From: Candidatus Thorarchaeota archaeon
GTDB taxonomy: Archaea > Asgardarchaeota > Thorarchaeia > Thorarchaeales > Thorarchaeaceae
Direction: 5' to 3'
DNA length: 64,000 nucleotides
NCBI GenBank assembly: GCA_048884965.1
Contig: JBHLQH010000011.1
Span: forward strand, 31,913-95,912
The translations under genes were made by a program, and so were the position numbers. The stretch's first letter is position 1, and every line of letters starts with the position of its first letter. This document shows, piece after piece, positions 50,751 through 60,715 of this stretch. Under the pieces are notes generated by a model that saw only the letters and a program-made list of their open reading frames with translations, was not told the origin of the DNA and searched no databases.

Positions 50751-50879
50751 CCAATGTTCACCAGAGTCATCTACTTGAAGGGAAAGGAATGACGGAAAAG
50801 AAGGTAGGTCTATCAGGATTGATTTCGCTACTACCAATGAATTAAAGTAACAATATATGAGAATCAGGGAGCGAGGAAA

Positions 50880-51098
50880 ATGCGAGAATCTTCAGATGAT
50901 GACCTTAGTGAACAGGGTGTCAACGAACCTGATTGGGAGGATGTGATGTTCGAGAGCGAGAAGCCGGTGTATCATCTAGACGCTACTGACTATGTAGCTC
51001 TCTTCATTGCTGCCCTTCAGACCATTTTTCTCCCACTGGTCATCCTTGCAGTTGTTCTTGTAGCAATGGGATTGATATTCTCTACCTTCTTCGGATAG
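50880..51098 (+). CDS. Small hypothetical membrane protein
   Basis: Acidic N-terminus plus hydrophobic C-terminus; GAGG upstream. Confidence 0.6.
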   Translation: MRESSDDDLSEQGVNEPDWEDVMFESEKPVYHLDATDYVALFIAALQTIFLPLVILAVVLVAMGLIFSTFFG

Positions 51099-51102
51099 GA
51101 GG

Positions 51103-51450
51103 ATGTTTCTGTTGTCTTATAGGACAAGACTTGTCTTTGAATCAATGACCATAGCTTCTCTTCTTGCATTGGTTGATATCATTATAGGATTCATCAGTTA
51201 TCTCATCAACCCATCATTTGGCATGCTTTCAACGACGTCAACATTCCTTTTCATCGAGTTTGCATTGATGTTGATTGTTGGTGGATGTATGATGGCACGA
51301 GAGCCATTGGAGGATGAGAAGAAATTCGCTCCAGATGGTAATCCTGTTGTAGGCTGGAGAATGACGTTGATAGGACGAAAGATACTATTAGGTGGAGCTT
51401 TTGCCTTCCTTTTCTCCCTTCTCTTCTTTGCTCTTGATCTCATTCTCTAA
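51103..51450 (+). CDS. Small 3-TM hypothetical protein
   Basis: GGAGG immediately upstream; three hydrophobic helices. Confidence 0.65.
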   Translation: MFLLSYRTRLVFESMTIASLLALVDIIIGFISYLINPSFGMLSTTSTFLFIEFALMLIVGGCMMAREPLEDEKKFAPDGNPVVGWRMTLIGRKILLGGAFAFLFSLLFFALDLIL

Positions 51451-51461
51451 GCTATAATCAT

Positions 51462-52214
51462 CTATCTGCTTCTCTGTTTCAGCCGCCTGTAAATGATGCT
51501 CGGAATGATTACTAAGATAAAGGTTGGAACAAAGAAGAGATACAGGATAGCTGCAGGCACAAAGAATTCTGAGAGAAAAAGAGCAGGATTCCACAGGACC
51601 TGTTCAGAAAACAACGCTACCAAGAGAGCTGCTGTTTCAGGCAACATCTCACCCCAAGGTGAAATGCTTACGAAAACAAATCCAATCAGAAAAGCGATTG
51701 CTATCCATTGAACAATGCTCTTGACCGCGATTGACACGTAGACATAATCCTCTCTATTCAAGGCTGAGAAATCGTTGGAGCGGAGCTCGTTCAAAAGGTC
51801 TTCAGATGATTTTGGATTCCCTGGACCAATTATTACCAAGATTCCTATTAGAAGAATAGCAATTGCCGTGCCCGTAGTGATGATTGAGACGATGAATATG
51901 AATCCAATCATTATGCCTGCGAGACCCACTAATAGGGCAAGGAAAGCTCCAGCATACAATGTATTATCCATCAGGTACCTCTGTAGAAACCCTCCAAATT
52001 TGTTCGGTTTATTTTTTGTGACATTCTCGTAGACCCATTCGTATGATCTGCAATTAGTATACTCAACTGCACCTGTCATATCCAAGGTTCTAGTATCGAA
52101 CTCCTCCTCTAGCTTGGATTGAAGATTTTTGTACAACCGAATATTTCGAGCTCTCCAAGATGTAGCTACTAGAATGATAATTCCTGTGATTAGTAATGAA
52201 ATAGTTAGTTCCAT
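51462..52214 (-). CDS. Hypothetical membrane protein
   Basis: About 5 TM; start moved to MELTISLL. Confidence 0.6.
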   Translation of the reverse strand: MELTISLLITGIIILVATSWRARNIRLYKNLQSKLEEEFDTRTLDMTGAVEYTNCRSYEWVYENVTKNKPNKFGGFLQRYLMDNTLYAGAFLALLVGLAGIMIGFIFIVSIITTGTAIAILLIGILVIIGPGNPKSSEDLLNELRSNDFSALNREDYVYVSIAVKSIVQWIAIAFLIGFVFVSISPWGEMLPETAALLVALFSEQVLWNPALFLSEFFVPAAILYLFFVPTFILVIIPSIIYRRLKQRSR

Positions 52215-52279
52215 CTGGACATCAACTTGGATGCTCGTTATCTGGGCATCGAAGAAACGATGCTTTAAAGGTAGTCGAT

Positions 52280-53119
52280 TTAGACTAACTTCGAAAATAA
52301 TGCATTGAGCCAAATATGAAAACCAAGAATGCTCCCTTTGTTAGCTATATTCTCTGAGGGTCTTCCAATGAAGATGTGAACCTCTCCGTGAAGTTTAGTT
52401 TCATGTCTATTGCCAACTTTCAAGAGCGTGTCCTTTCCATCCACCACAAGTTCCAGTCCATGATAATAGAAAACCTTTGGACTTTCTGAGAAGGTGTAGT
52501 CTAGATTCTTGCGAGGATGCGGATACAGTCTACATTCTGCTTCACTGTAGTCTAGTAGAAGTTTGATCCTTGCACTTTCATACTTGGTAACCATCTTTGA
52601 AGAACTTGGAAGCTCAGGGATCACTATCCTCCAAGGTGAGAAACGGTTTTCTAATGCACTCTTAGCAACAATACCACAAAAGTCCCCACCTTCGCCTGTT
52701 ATCATGAGCTGTTTTTTCTCAGTACTGACTTGGACTTTGCTTTCTGCATCTCCGAATCTCATCGATCCCCATTTGTTCTGGGCCTTTTCGTTCCAGTAGA
52801 ACCATGGGATTGTCGTCATTGGAAGCATGCGATCCTGACCATCTTCTTTCTTCTCCATTAGCTTCCATGTTGCATCATTAAGGACGAATAGAGACATTGA
52901 AATCGACGGAGAGCGGGGTTGAAGATTTACAATGATGTCCTGATATTTACCGGTAGCTCCTAGACGATGGATGATTTCTTGCATTTGCTCCTCTTTTAGA
53001 GTTGCTTCGTCATCGGACATTGCTATAGACGGTCCGGAAATCAGGTCCATTATCTCAATCTCATATTCTGATTCAAATTGATTCAGCATTTCTCCTGTGA
53101 AAGAGAATCGGGATGACAT
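52280..53119 (-). CDS. Hypothetical protein
   Basis: 279-aa ORF; no family recognised. Confidence 0.6.
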   Translation of the reverse strand: MSSRFSFTGEMLNQFESEYEIEIMDLISGPSIAMSDDEATLKEEQMQEIIHRLGATGKYQDIIVNLQPRSPSISMSLFVLNDATWKLMEKKEDGQDRMLPMTTIPWFYWNEKAQNKWGSMRFGDAESKVQVSTEKKQLMITGEGGDFCGIVAKSALENRFSPWRIVIPELPSSSKMVTKYESARIKLLLDYSEAECRLYPHPRKNLDYTFSESPKVFYYHGLELVVDGKDTLLKVGNRHETKLHGEVHIFIGRPSENIANKGSILGFHIWLNALFSKLV

Positions 53120-53226
53120 GTTATGCTCTATGGGGATTCCTCGATTAGGTTTTTTGGTTTGAGGATTGAATGTTGGTTGATTAGATATCTTGAAATGTCG
53201 GAAGGATTCCTCTCATCTGATTTCCT

Positions 53227-54069
53227 GTGAGTAAGAGCTCTGTGCATACAATAGATCTGGAGAACGTTTCTGAGTGGGTTGACCTCTACAATAGACAAAT
53301 GAGTAGATCTGCTAACTTCGAACCGATAAGCGTTCGCAGACTTGATCAATTGCGTGCTCTACTTGAGAAGCACGGTACTCGTTTCCTCATAGCCTATCAG
53401 AGTAAACAGCCATCAGCAATTGGTAGCTATATAATCGATAAGACAAACAGAATTACTCGAATGCTGGATTTCTGTGTGTCCCCGCTTTTCCCAAAGGGGG
53501 GAGTGGATCTTGTAGATCGGGTACTGCTGGAGTCGCGGACTTATCAATCTCGAAGGGTCACATCGTGGATTCCTTTGAGCCTTTCAACATCTCTGGATGT
53601 CCTCGGTGAATACCTCTTTTCCCCTGAGAAGGGACTAGTGCAAATGAGAAACTCATTCGATGGTCATGCACCAGAGATTGAGATTGACCTGATAGAGCAT
53701 CCTCAGTCCTCTGAGGATGAGTCTGTGTATCTCCCTTTTGTGGAACCATTCAAAATATCTGTACTGATGATTAGCATTCGAGGAAAATGGCAGAGGACTT
53801 GTACGTGTTGCAATGGAAATCGTTCCTCCTTCATAGATGTTTATCAATCCAATCAGCAACGAAGAGATGCTTGGATATTTCATCATAAATCTCACGAACC
53901 TCCAACTCCTGAATTCCTTTCATCTACACTTAGCCTACTTCATTCTAAAGGAATTAGAACTGCATATACAGAGGTTGAGATTGGCTTACGACAGAGAGCA
54001 TCATATGATATCTGTGGTTTCTCTGAGATGTCTACAGATTTCCTGTTGACCTATTCATTAGAGTACTAA
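53227..54069 (+). CDS. Hypothetical protein with a possible degenerate GNAT fold
   Basis: FLIAY...IGSY...FCVSP...GGVDLVD..L and C-terminal YDICGF resemble GNAT motifs A/B. Confidence 0.5.
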   Translation: MSKSSVHTIDLENVSEWVDLYNRQMSRSANFEPISVRRLDQLRALLEKHGTRFLIAYQSKQPSAIGSYIIDKTNRITRMLDFCVSPLFPKGGVDLVDRVLLESRTYQSRRVTSWIPLSLSTSLDVLGEYLFSPEKGLVQMRNSFDGHAPEIEIDLIEHPQSSEDESVYLPFVEPFKISVLMISIRGKWQRTCTCCNGNRSSFIDVYQSNQQRRDAWIFHHKSHEPPTPEFLSSTLSLLHSKGIRTAYTEVEIGLRQRASYDICGFSEMSTDFLLTYSLEY

Positions 54070-54276
54070 TATTTGGCGCCACTTTCTCTCAGAATTCACA
54101 TCTCCTCAAAACATGTATATACGTAAATAATACAACATTGATTGTCCTTGCCGGGAGGGTAGGACACAGAACGAGACTCGGATATGACACTCAAGTTTCG
54201 GATACTCTCATCCTCAACTCTTCGGTCCCTATTCGCTCCGTTGTTCTCTTGTTCTCATCAGATGAGGTTGCCCCAT

Positions 54277-54300
54277 AGTGAGCGCGACTTTGCGCTCACT
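54277..54300 (-). terminator. Hairpin overlapping the stop codon of the ABC ATPase
   Basis: AGTGAGCGC-GACTTT-GCGCTCACT, a perfect 9-bp stem. Confidence 0.55.
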
Positions 54301-55387
54301 CCTCACTCTTTTGTATGTCTTCCCATCTATGACATCGTATCCAGTGGTCAGTTTCAATCTCTCTGTACTCTGGAATCTGCTCCATACATATATCGAGGCA
54401 ATAGTCACAGCGAGGATGGAATGGGCATCCAATCGGAACATTATACGGATCCGGTGGCTCTCCTCTAATTCCTCTTAGGACAGGTTTCTTGCCGCCTGCC
54501 TTCATCCTCATCATCATGATTGTTGGGAATGATTGCATGAGGCCTTTGGTGTATGGATGTCCCGGATTGTGGAACATCTGAACTGAATTACCAATTTCAA
54601 GTATTCTACCTGCATACATTACAGCTACTCTATCTGCCAGCTCAGCTATTACACCTGCATCATGACTGATCAAGATAATTGAAACATCGAATTCATCCCT
54701 GATCATTTGTAGGACATTCAGAATCTGTCGTTGAATCGTAACATCAAGGGCACTTGTTGGCTCATCTGCAATTACAAGGTAGGGTCCTGCAACAAGAGCC
54801 ATTGCGATCAGGATTCTTTGAGCTTCTCCGCCAGAGAAGGAACCCGGATCAAGTACATATCTTGTGCTTGAATCAGCAAGTCTCACCAAGTTCAAGTATT
54901 CTAAGACCTTCTTCTTCATCTCAAGAAGTCGGATGCTGTCATCATGTATCTCCATGGGCTCTCCTGTTTGCATGCCCACAGAGTATTGTGGATTCAGTGC
55001 ATGCGTAAGTCCTTGAGGTATCATAGAAATCTGCGCGCCGCGAATTTTCAGCAAATCTTCAGTGTCCATCGAAAGGATATCATTGCCTCGGAAGATGACC
55101 TTTCCTCTAGCGCCTGCTCTGTTCTCATTTTCCTTCTCGAACTCTTTCATAATCCCGGGGATATTTGACGTTCCTGCAGCAAATCTAGCCATTCTATCAA
55201 ATAGACCAATTATGGACAATGCCACTGAGCTCTTACCGCATCCACTTTCCCCTAATACACCCAAACATTCTCCCGCTTTGACGGTGAAGGAAACATCCTG
55301 CACGGCTCTGATTATGCCCTTCTTTGATGGATAGTACGCATGCAAGTTCTCAACCCTGAGAATGATCTCGTCATTGTCCATTGTCAT
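54296..55387 (-). CDS. Orphan OppD/DppD-like ABC ATPase
   Basis: GESGCGKS, FSGGEAQR, ADEPT, SHD, HPYT, GCPFHPRC; insertion after Walker A. Confidence 0.9.
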   Translation of the reverse strand: MTMDNDEIILRVENLHAYYPSKKGIIRAVQDVSFTVKAGECLGVLGESGCGKSSVALSIIGLFDRMARFAAGTSNIPGIMKEFEKENENRAGARGKVIFRGNDILSMDTEDLLKIRGAQISMIPQGLTHALNPQYSVGMQTGEPMEIHDDSIRLLEMKKKVLEYLNLVRLADSSTRYVLDPGSFSGGEAQRILIAMALVAGPYLVIADEPTSALDVTIQRQILNVLQMIRDEFDVSIILISHDAGVIAELADRVAVMYAGRILEIGNSVQMFHNPGHPYTKGLMQSFPTIMMMRMKAGGKKPVLRGIRGEPPDPYNVPIGCPFHPRCDYCLDICMEQIPEYREIETDHWIRCHRWEDIQKSEE

Positions 55388-55454
55388 CACTACGATTTCA
55401 GACAGCCAGTTGCTATTAAACAGTGTTGAAGCGAGCATCTTTTGAGAGGAGGTC

Positions 55455-55496
55455 GGTGGTCCCTGGGGATCACGCAAAAAGGGAGTTGGGACCACC
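55455..55496. repeat. 9-bp GC-rich inverted repeat in a divergent intergenic region
   Basis: GGTGGTCCC (55455-63) / GGGACCACC (55488-96). Confidence 0.7.
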
Positions 55497-55728
55497 TTTA
55501 GAGAGAATCGGGGGAGTAGAAGTTTTTTGAACTATCCAAAGCATTGTGCTATTTCCATATGAATTGAGGTTAACGCGCAAGGAGGGAAATTGAAAGAAAT
55601 CGCGCTCGAAATGACAAAAAGCGCACTCAATAGTGCGTTTTTTCACAATCCTCTTGCTGTCTGAGAAAAATGGTTTCCTCAACTATTATTACTCACTATC
55701 AATACCCACAAGCTTGGTGCGTTTCTCT

Positions 55729-56859
55729 ATGACTGCCTCGAAGGTATACTTTTCCGATCGGAACACTGATTCTTGGTATAATATGCTTGACAAGCTGGAA
55801 CATGTCTTCAATTCCATGGGTCTTTGTGAAGCTATTCAAAAGGATAGTAAGGTAATGATTAAAACCCATATGGGATTATTCGGAAATACGAATCATATAC
55901 GACCTGCATATGTAAGGAAGCTAGTTGATCTCGTAAAAGCCTCCGGAGGAATCCCCTTTGTTTCTGACACATGCAGTCTTGGTTATGGAACCGCTAGACC
56001 ATATGGCGGAAGAACCATCGCTCCGGATTATTATTCTCGTGCAGAAATGAATGGATACACACAAGCCACCGTTGGTGCACCAATCATCATAGCAGATGGG
56101 TACTGGGGCTCAGACTTCCTAGAATATCCTGTAAATGGAACACATATCCAATCGGTTCCAGTCCCAAGTGCATTATTTGATTGTGACCTTGTTATTGTCC
56201 TTTCCCACGCGAAATTCCATCACGTTGGTATCGCCAGCACGCTGAAGAACATGGGAGTAGGTCTTGTGGCCAAGAAAGGAAAGTCAGCTGTACACTCTCC
56301 AAAAGGACTTGAGGTGTACCCTGACAAATGTTTAGGACACAAATGCTCAGAGTGCATTTCTGCATGTCCAGTTAGATGCATTAAGGTTGATACAACGGTG
56401 GTTATTGACATGGAGAAATGCATTCAATGCGGTCACTGCTCATCGATATGTTCTGGAGAGGTGAAAGCTGGTGCATTAAAGCTGACTTGGTCTGGAGAGA
56501 ATATGGCTGAGAAAATAGTTGAGAATACTTATGGAATCATGCAAACGATTGGGACCGAGAAATTCTTCTTCATCAATCTGGCGATCGATATCTCAAATAT
56601 GTGTGATTGCGTGTGCTATGGAGCACCGCTTCTGATGCATGATTTGGGAGTCTTTGGCTCTCGTGATCCTGTTGCGATAGATGCAGCAACTGCTTCCATA
56701 ATGGGAACCGCAGCTAGAAATAGTGCCGCAGCGGCCTCTGAGAATGTTTCTGAACTATTGCACAGGTCTCAGAAATTCTTCAAACATGGAATGGCGATTG
56801 GACTGGGTTCAAGTGAATTCGAACTGGTGAAACTCACAAAGAGCAATCCATCCATCTAA
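55729..56859 (+). CDS. DUF362-family Fe-S protein with a 2x[4Fe-4S] ferredoxin insert
   Basis: IKTHMG..GN, ADG, SHAKFH, LKNMGVG, CxxCxxxCP and CxxCxxCxxxC, SRDPVAIDAA. Confidence 0.9.
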   Translation: MTASKVYFSDRNTDSWYNMLDKLEHVFNSMGLCEAIQKDSKVMIKTHMGLFGNTNHIRPAYVRKLVDLVKASGGIPFVSDTCSLGYGTARPYGGRTIAPDYYSRAEMNGYTQATVGAPIIIADGYWGSDFLEYPVNGTHIQSVPVPSALFDCDLVIVLSHAKFHHVGIASTLKNMGVGLVAKKGKSAVHSPKGLEVYPDKCLGHKCSECISACPVRCIKVDTTVVIDMEKCIQCGHCSSICSGEVKAGALKLTWSGENMAEKIVENTYGIMQTIGTEKFFFINLAIDISNMCDCVCYGAPLLMHDLGVFGSRDPVAIDAATASIMGTAARNSAAAASENVSELLHRSQKFFKHGMAIGLGSSEFELVKLTKSNPSI

Positions 56860-56946
56860 GCAGCTACTTATATCGCATTGAAGCCATGGAATGCAAAAGT
56901 GATGCAACTACATCTACGACAGTATGAATTCGATTGAGGTGAAAGC

Positions 56947-57474
56947 ATGAATGAAGAGTGGTTTCGACAGATGTTGATCGAGGCGCATAAAAATCAACGA
57001 CGCCATCTAAAGAGAATATTGGACGGTCTCTCACAGGAGCAGATTATCAAGGCTGTTTCACCAACGGAAAACCTCTCCAGTATTCAGAAACTTGTCTGGC
57101 ATATTGGTAGTGCAGAAACATATTGGTTCCATAAAAGTATGCATTCGATTGGTCAACGGTATGACGATGGCGAACTTACAGTAGTTCTCAAGAAACTTGA
57201 CGAGAACACAGAGAGGATTGCAGAGGTCATTAATACCTGTGGTATCGAACAATTAAGGATTGTACCTCCTTCTCCTGAAGGTGGTCCTTCTGTTGCATGG
57301 GCATTGCTTAGAACATTCATGCACGGGATTTATCATACAGGCCAAATAGCGAAGATACGTAGAATGATTGGAGCTCCAGATTTACCAAAGGAAGAAGTTG
57401 ACAGCTGGAGTCAAGCGGTCGATTCCGTTTCTGATTTGATACATGGTCTTCTGCATGATGCCATCCAATTCTAA
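56947..57474 (+). CDS. DinB/YfiT-family four-helix metalloprotein
   Basis: SIQKLVWHIGSAETYW ... HGIYHTGQI. Confidence 0.85.
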   Translation: MNEEWFRQMLIEAHKNQRRHLKRILDGLSQEQIIKAVSPTENLSSIQKLVWHIGSAETYWFHKSMHSIGQRYDDGELTVVLKKLDENTERIAEVINTCGIEQLRIVPPSPEGGPSVAWALLRTFMHGIYHTGQIAKIRRMIGAPDLPKEEVDSWSQAVDSVSDLIHGLLHDAIQF

Positions 57475-58601
57475 AGTTCGAACTCTGGTAATTCACCATA
57501 TCTATGACAGGCCACCCAATGCTCAGGTTCTACCTCTCGGTATTCAGGTTCCTGCTGCTTGCATAGATCAATGCAGTATTCGCATCTACCTTGGAAGATG
57601 CAACCGGATGGAGGCTTTGTCAAATCAGGTGGAGCTCCTGGTATACCTCTAAGAATCAATCCTTTCTCTCGAATGCGGCGCATCATCTCCATCGAGGGAT
57701 TACTGATGAGAAATGCTCGTGTGAACGGGTGGCTAGGTCTCTTGAGGATTGTGACGACATCAGCAAATTCTACCATCTTTCCTCCAGTCAGTACTCCTAT
57801 TCGGTCAACTGATTCAGCTAATAGTCCATGGTCGTTGCTGATTATCAGCATTGTCAGGTGTAGCTTCTCTCGAACCAGCTGGATGGCATCCATGATTCTT
57901 CGTTGCACTCCGACATCAAGTGCAGTAGTTGGCTCATCCAGAATCATAAAGACCGGGTTCATTATGAGTGCCATTGCTATGAGAATTCGCTGGTCTTCGC
58001 CCATACTGAACTCCTTTGGCTTCAAGACCTTCCTAATATCAACATCCCCTAACTCCACGAGGTCTAGGGTCTGAAGGACCCTTCTAAGAACTTCTCTTTC
58101 GTAGAGGATATCGTCATCGTCATGTACCCACAGCGCTTCAGCTGTCTGCAACTCAATATTGGTATAGGGATTTAGTGACTGTGTCGTGCTCTGTGGAACA
58201 TAGGTAATCTCAGCACCTCTGATCCTTCTGAACTCCTTATCCGATAATGCAAGAAGGTTCTTACCTCTGTACCAGACTTCTCCTTCAACGCCTGGAAGAT
58301 CCTTTCCCACATCCCTTGATGTCAAACCCTTTTTTCTGGCATCCTTACGCTCTTCCCAGAGCTTTCTATTTTCCTCATCTCCTGAGCCTGTACCATACTT
58401 AGCCACGTCTTCGAATATTCCAAGAATGGACATCGCTATAGATGACTTTCCTGATCCAGATTCTCCAAACAGACCAACCGCCTCACCCTCCTTGATTCCA
58501 AAATTCACTCCTCTTACAGCCTTGACTAGTCCTCTAGTCGATGTATAGTACGCATAGAGATTTTTGATTTCTACAAAGTAATCGGTTTGCTGATCTGCCA
58601 T
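57471..58601 (-). CDS. Second orphan OppD-like ABC ATPase with degenerate motifs
   Basis: GESGSGKS; signature FSMGEDQR; H-loop His replaced (ISND); HPFT; C-terminal Cys cluster. Confidence 0.85.
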   Translation of the reverse strand: MADQQTDYFVEIKNLYAYYTSTRGLVKAVRGVNFGIKEGEAVGLFGESGSGKSSIAMSILGIFEDVAKYGTGSGDEENRKLWEERKDARKKGLTSRDVGKDLPGVEGEVWYRGKNLLALSDKEFRRIRGAEITYVPQSTTQSLNPYTNIELQTAEALWVHDDDDILYEREVLRRVLQTLDLVELGDVDIRKVLKPKEFSMGEDQRILIAMALIMNPVFMILDEPTTALDVGVQRRIMDAIQLVREKLHLTMLIISNDHGLLAESVDRIGVLTGGKMVEFADVVTILKRPSHPFTRAFLISNPSMEMMRRIREKGLILRGIPGAPPDLTKPPSGCIFQGRCEYCIDLCKQQEPEYREVEPEHWVACHRYGELPEFEL

Positions 58602-58696
58602 ATCTAAACACCATGAGAAATCGTACAAATACTCTACTGATAACGCATCTCATGACCAGCATGGTTAAAACAGGGTGCCAAAACAGCAATTTTCTA

Positions 58697-59926
58697 ATGA
58701 GCAGCAAATGGGTTAGCAATGAAGGCAGGAATATTCAGGCAATATATCTTGCTTTTGCCTTACAGAGTTTGGGACAGGCAATTGCATGGCAATTTGGAAC
58801 CTACTTTCTTCAAGAGGAATTGCTAGTCGAGAGCTATGTTCTTCTCACCATTATCTGGTCAGTTCCTTACTTCATCACAATGGCTTCAGTCAGCTCATGG
58901 GGGTCTTTCTCTGACCGTCGAGGTCGTCGTAAGCCCTTCATGCTCATTGGATTCATGGGATATTCTTTCACATTCCTCATGTTCTCCTTCGTTCAGAGTA
59001 GTATACAATGGTTCATCGTATCTGCGATTGGAGCAGTTTTCTCATCCGCTGCAATTCCTTCTGGTCAAGCCCTTGCGACAACAGCAACTATGAAGAAAGG
59101 AGAACGACTAGGATTTCTACTAGTGGCACAATCATCAGGCTGGTTCGTAGGTGCATTCAGTAGTGGTATTCTGTATGATATCATAGGCATGTTTGAACTC
59201 TACCGAATTGCTGCCATTTCATGTATCTCCGCCACATTGATTTGCTACTTCTTTGTAAGGGATTATGAATTCGACCCAGATAAGATTGCAGTGCGTCCAT
59301 CAGTAAGAGTTCTACTTAGAAGACCTGGAATGAAGAGGCTATCCCTCGCCGCTGCACTTAGCGCACTTGGTATCAATTCGATTGTTTCTATGATGGCCAT
59401 AATGATCGTCAATGAGCTGGGTGGACTCGCAGTTTATGTAGGTCTCGCGAATGCTGGTGCTACATTCTTGGCAGTTCTCTTTACTGGCTTTATTGGACGA
59501 GTTATTGATAAACGTGGGCCTGGACGTGTTCTTGTACTAGCTTACCTCTCTTACATCATCTTTGCCATTGGATTTGGATTGGCTCGAGACCCTGTTACCG
59601 CAGCATTGCTTTATGCATTGCCTATCTACCCATTATCGAACACGGCAGCATATGCGTTTGCAGCGCTCTTATCTCGTGATGAGGAGCGAGGTGGCGCAAT
59701 GGGATTAGTAAATGGTGCTCAAAATGCAGGAACTGCGGTGGGTCCTGTCATTGGCGGCATCTTTGCAGAATACATCTTCTTTGCTGTTCAACCGATATCG
59801 TGGATTAATATGACCTTCAACATCATAGCATGTTCTCTAGCTGTATCATTGATTCCATTGGCTCGTGCTCTTCAGAATAGGAGATTGGATGATGAGTCAA
59901 AGCCATCAGCATCGAACTATGACTAG
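58697..59926 (+). CDS. MFS transporter
   Basis: About 12 TM; motif A WGSFSDRRGRRK and GRVIDKRGPG. Confidence 0.9.
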   Translation: MSSKWVSNEGRNIQAIYLAFALQSLGQAIAWQFGTYFLQEELLVESYVLLTIIWSVPYFITMASVSSWGSFSDRRGRRKPFMLIGFMGYSFTFLMFSFVQSSIQWFIVSAIGAVFSSAAIPSGQALATTATMKKGERLGFLLVAQSSGWFVGAFSSGILYDIIGMFELYRIAAISCISATLICYFFVRDYEFDPDKIAVRPSVRVLLRRPGMKRLSLAAALSALGINSIVSMMAIMIVNELGGLAVYVGLANAGATFLAVLFTGFIGRVIDKRGPGRVLVLAYLSYIIFAIGFGLARDPVTAALLYALPIYPLSNTAAYAFAALLSRDEERGGAMGLVNGAQNAGTAVGPVIGGIFAEYIFFAVQPISWINMTFNIIACSLAVSLIPLARALQNRRLDDESKPSASNYD

Positions 59927-60318
59927 ATGACTATGGTGCGAAGCACAGCTTCACATGAGGGACAAAGTGCAGTGCTCTCATTGAGCCACTTCAGCTTACA
60001 TAGAATCACTCTGTTTCCACAATTCTGGCAATACTCTGGGAGGATATATGCGGAATGCATCTTTTCTATGATGTCCTGCTCATCCTGTTCTATTCTGTAT
60101 GATCGCATCATTGCTTCGTTCAGAACACTGCGTCTTTCATTCGCCTGACTATTTGCTGCAGAGATACAAAAGATTCCAAAGAGGACGAAAAGTGATAAAC
60201 CCAATGTAAAGGGAGCCAACATCAAACAGATGCAAATTGCAGCCCCTAGTGTTTTGTCATTTACCCTCTCCTTATCTTCATCTGACAACTCCCTGCACCA
60301 AGTGTATATTCTCTTCAA
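59923..60318 (-). CDS. Small TM + C-terminal zinc-ribbon protein (paralogue A)
   Basis: Hydrophobic hairpin, then PEYCQNCG...W...LCPSCE. Confidence 0.7.
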   Translation of the reverse strand: MKRIYTWCRELSDEDKERVNDKTLGAAICICLMLAPFTLGLSLFVLFGIFCISAANSQANERRSVLNEAMMRSYRIEQDEQDIIEKMHSAYILPEYCQNCGNRVILCKLKWLNESTALCPSCEAVLRTIVI

Positions 60319-60352
60319 ACCTTATGAACACTTGCTATTCTCAAATCTCGTA

Positions 60353-60715
60353 CTAATTAGCTTGGATAATCGATTCGCAGCTGGGACATATCCCAGTGGT
60401 CGCATCTATCCATCTGATCGAGTTCATCTCAATTCTCTTTCCACAAGTTGGACAAAAGGTAGGAATTGAATATGCATCAGAGCTCTCATCAATGGGCTGT
60501 ATTTCTTCGATTATTATCGCGTCTGGCTGACTTATTTCATTTTGACTTGCAGCTGTTACATCTCTTCCACATAAAACGCAGATAAATGCGAATCCTAATA
60601 CGATTGCCAATGGGGGGAAGATAAAGATGAAGAAGATTATGCATAGAGCGATTATTGTGAACAGTCTTTCATTCTCTTGATTTGGCGAGATTACTTTCTC
60701 ATCCACTTTTCTCAC
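60353..60715 (-). CDS. Small TM + C-terminal zinc-ribbon protein (paralogue B)
   Basis: Hydrophobic hairpin, then PTFCPTCG...W...ICPSCE. Confidence 0.7.
   Translation of the reverse strand: MRKVDEKVISPNQENERLFTIIALCIIFFIFIFPPLAIVLGFAFICVLCGRDVTAASQNEISQPDAIIIEEIQPIDESSDAYSIPTFCPTCGKRIEMNSIRWIDATTGICPSCESIIQAN

Noticed and set aside
54180-54270. Hammerhead-ribozyme-like core on the minus strand (CTGATGAG...CGAAAC...GTC)
   Set aside because: Stem II does not extend beyond 1 bp, stem III is only 2 bp and stem I needs a 4-nt bulge; likely coincidence.
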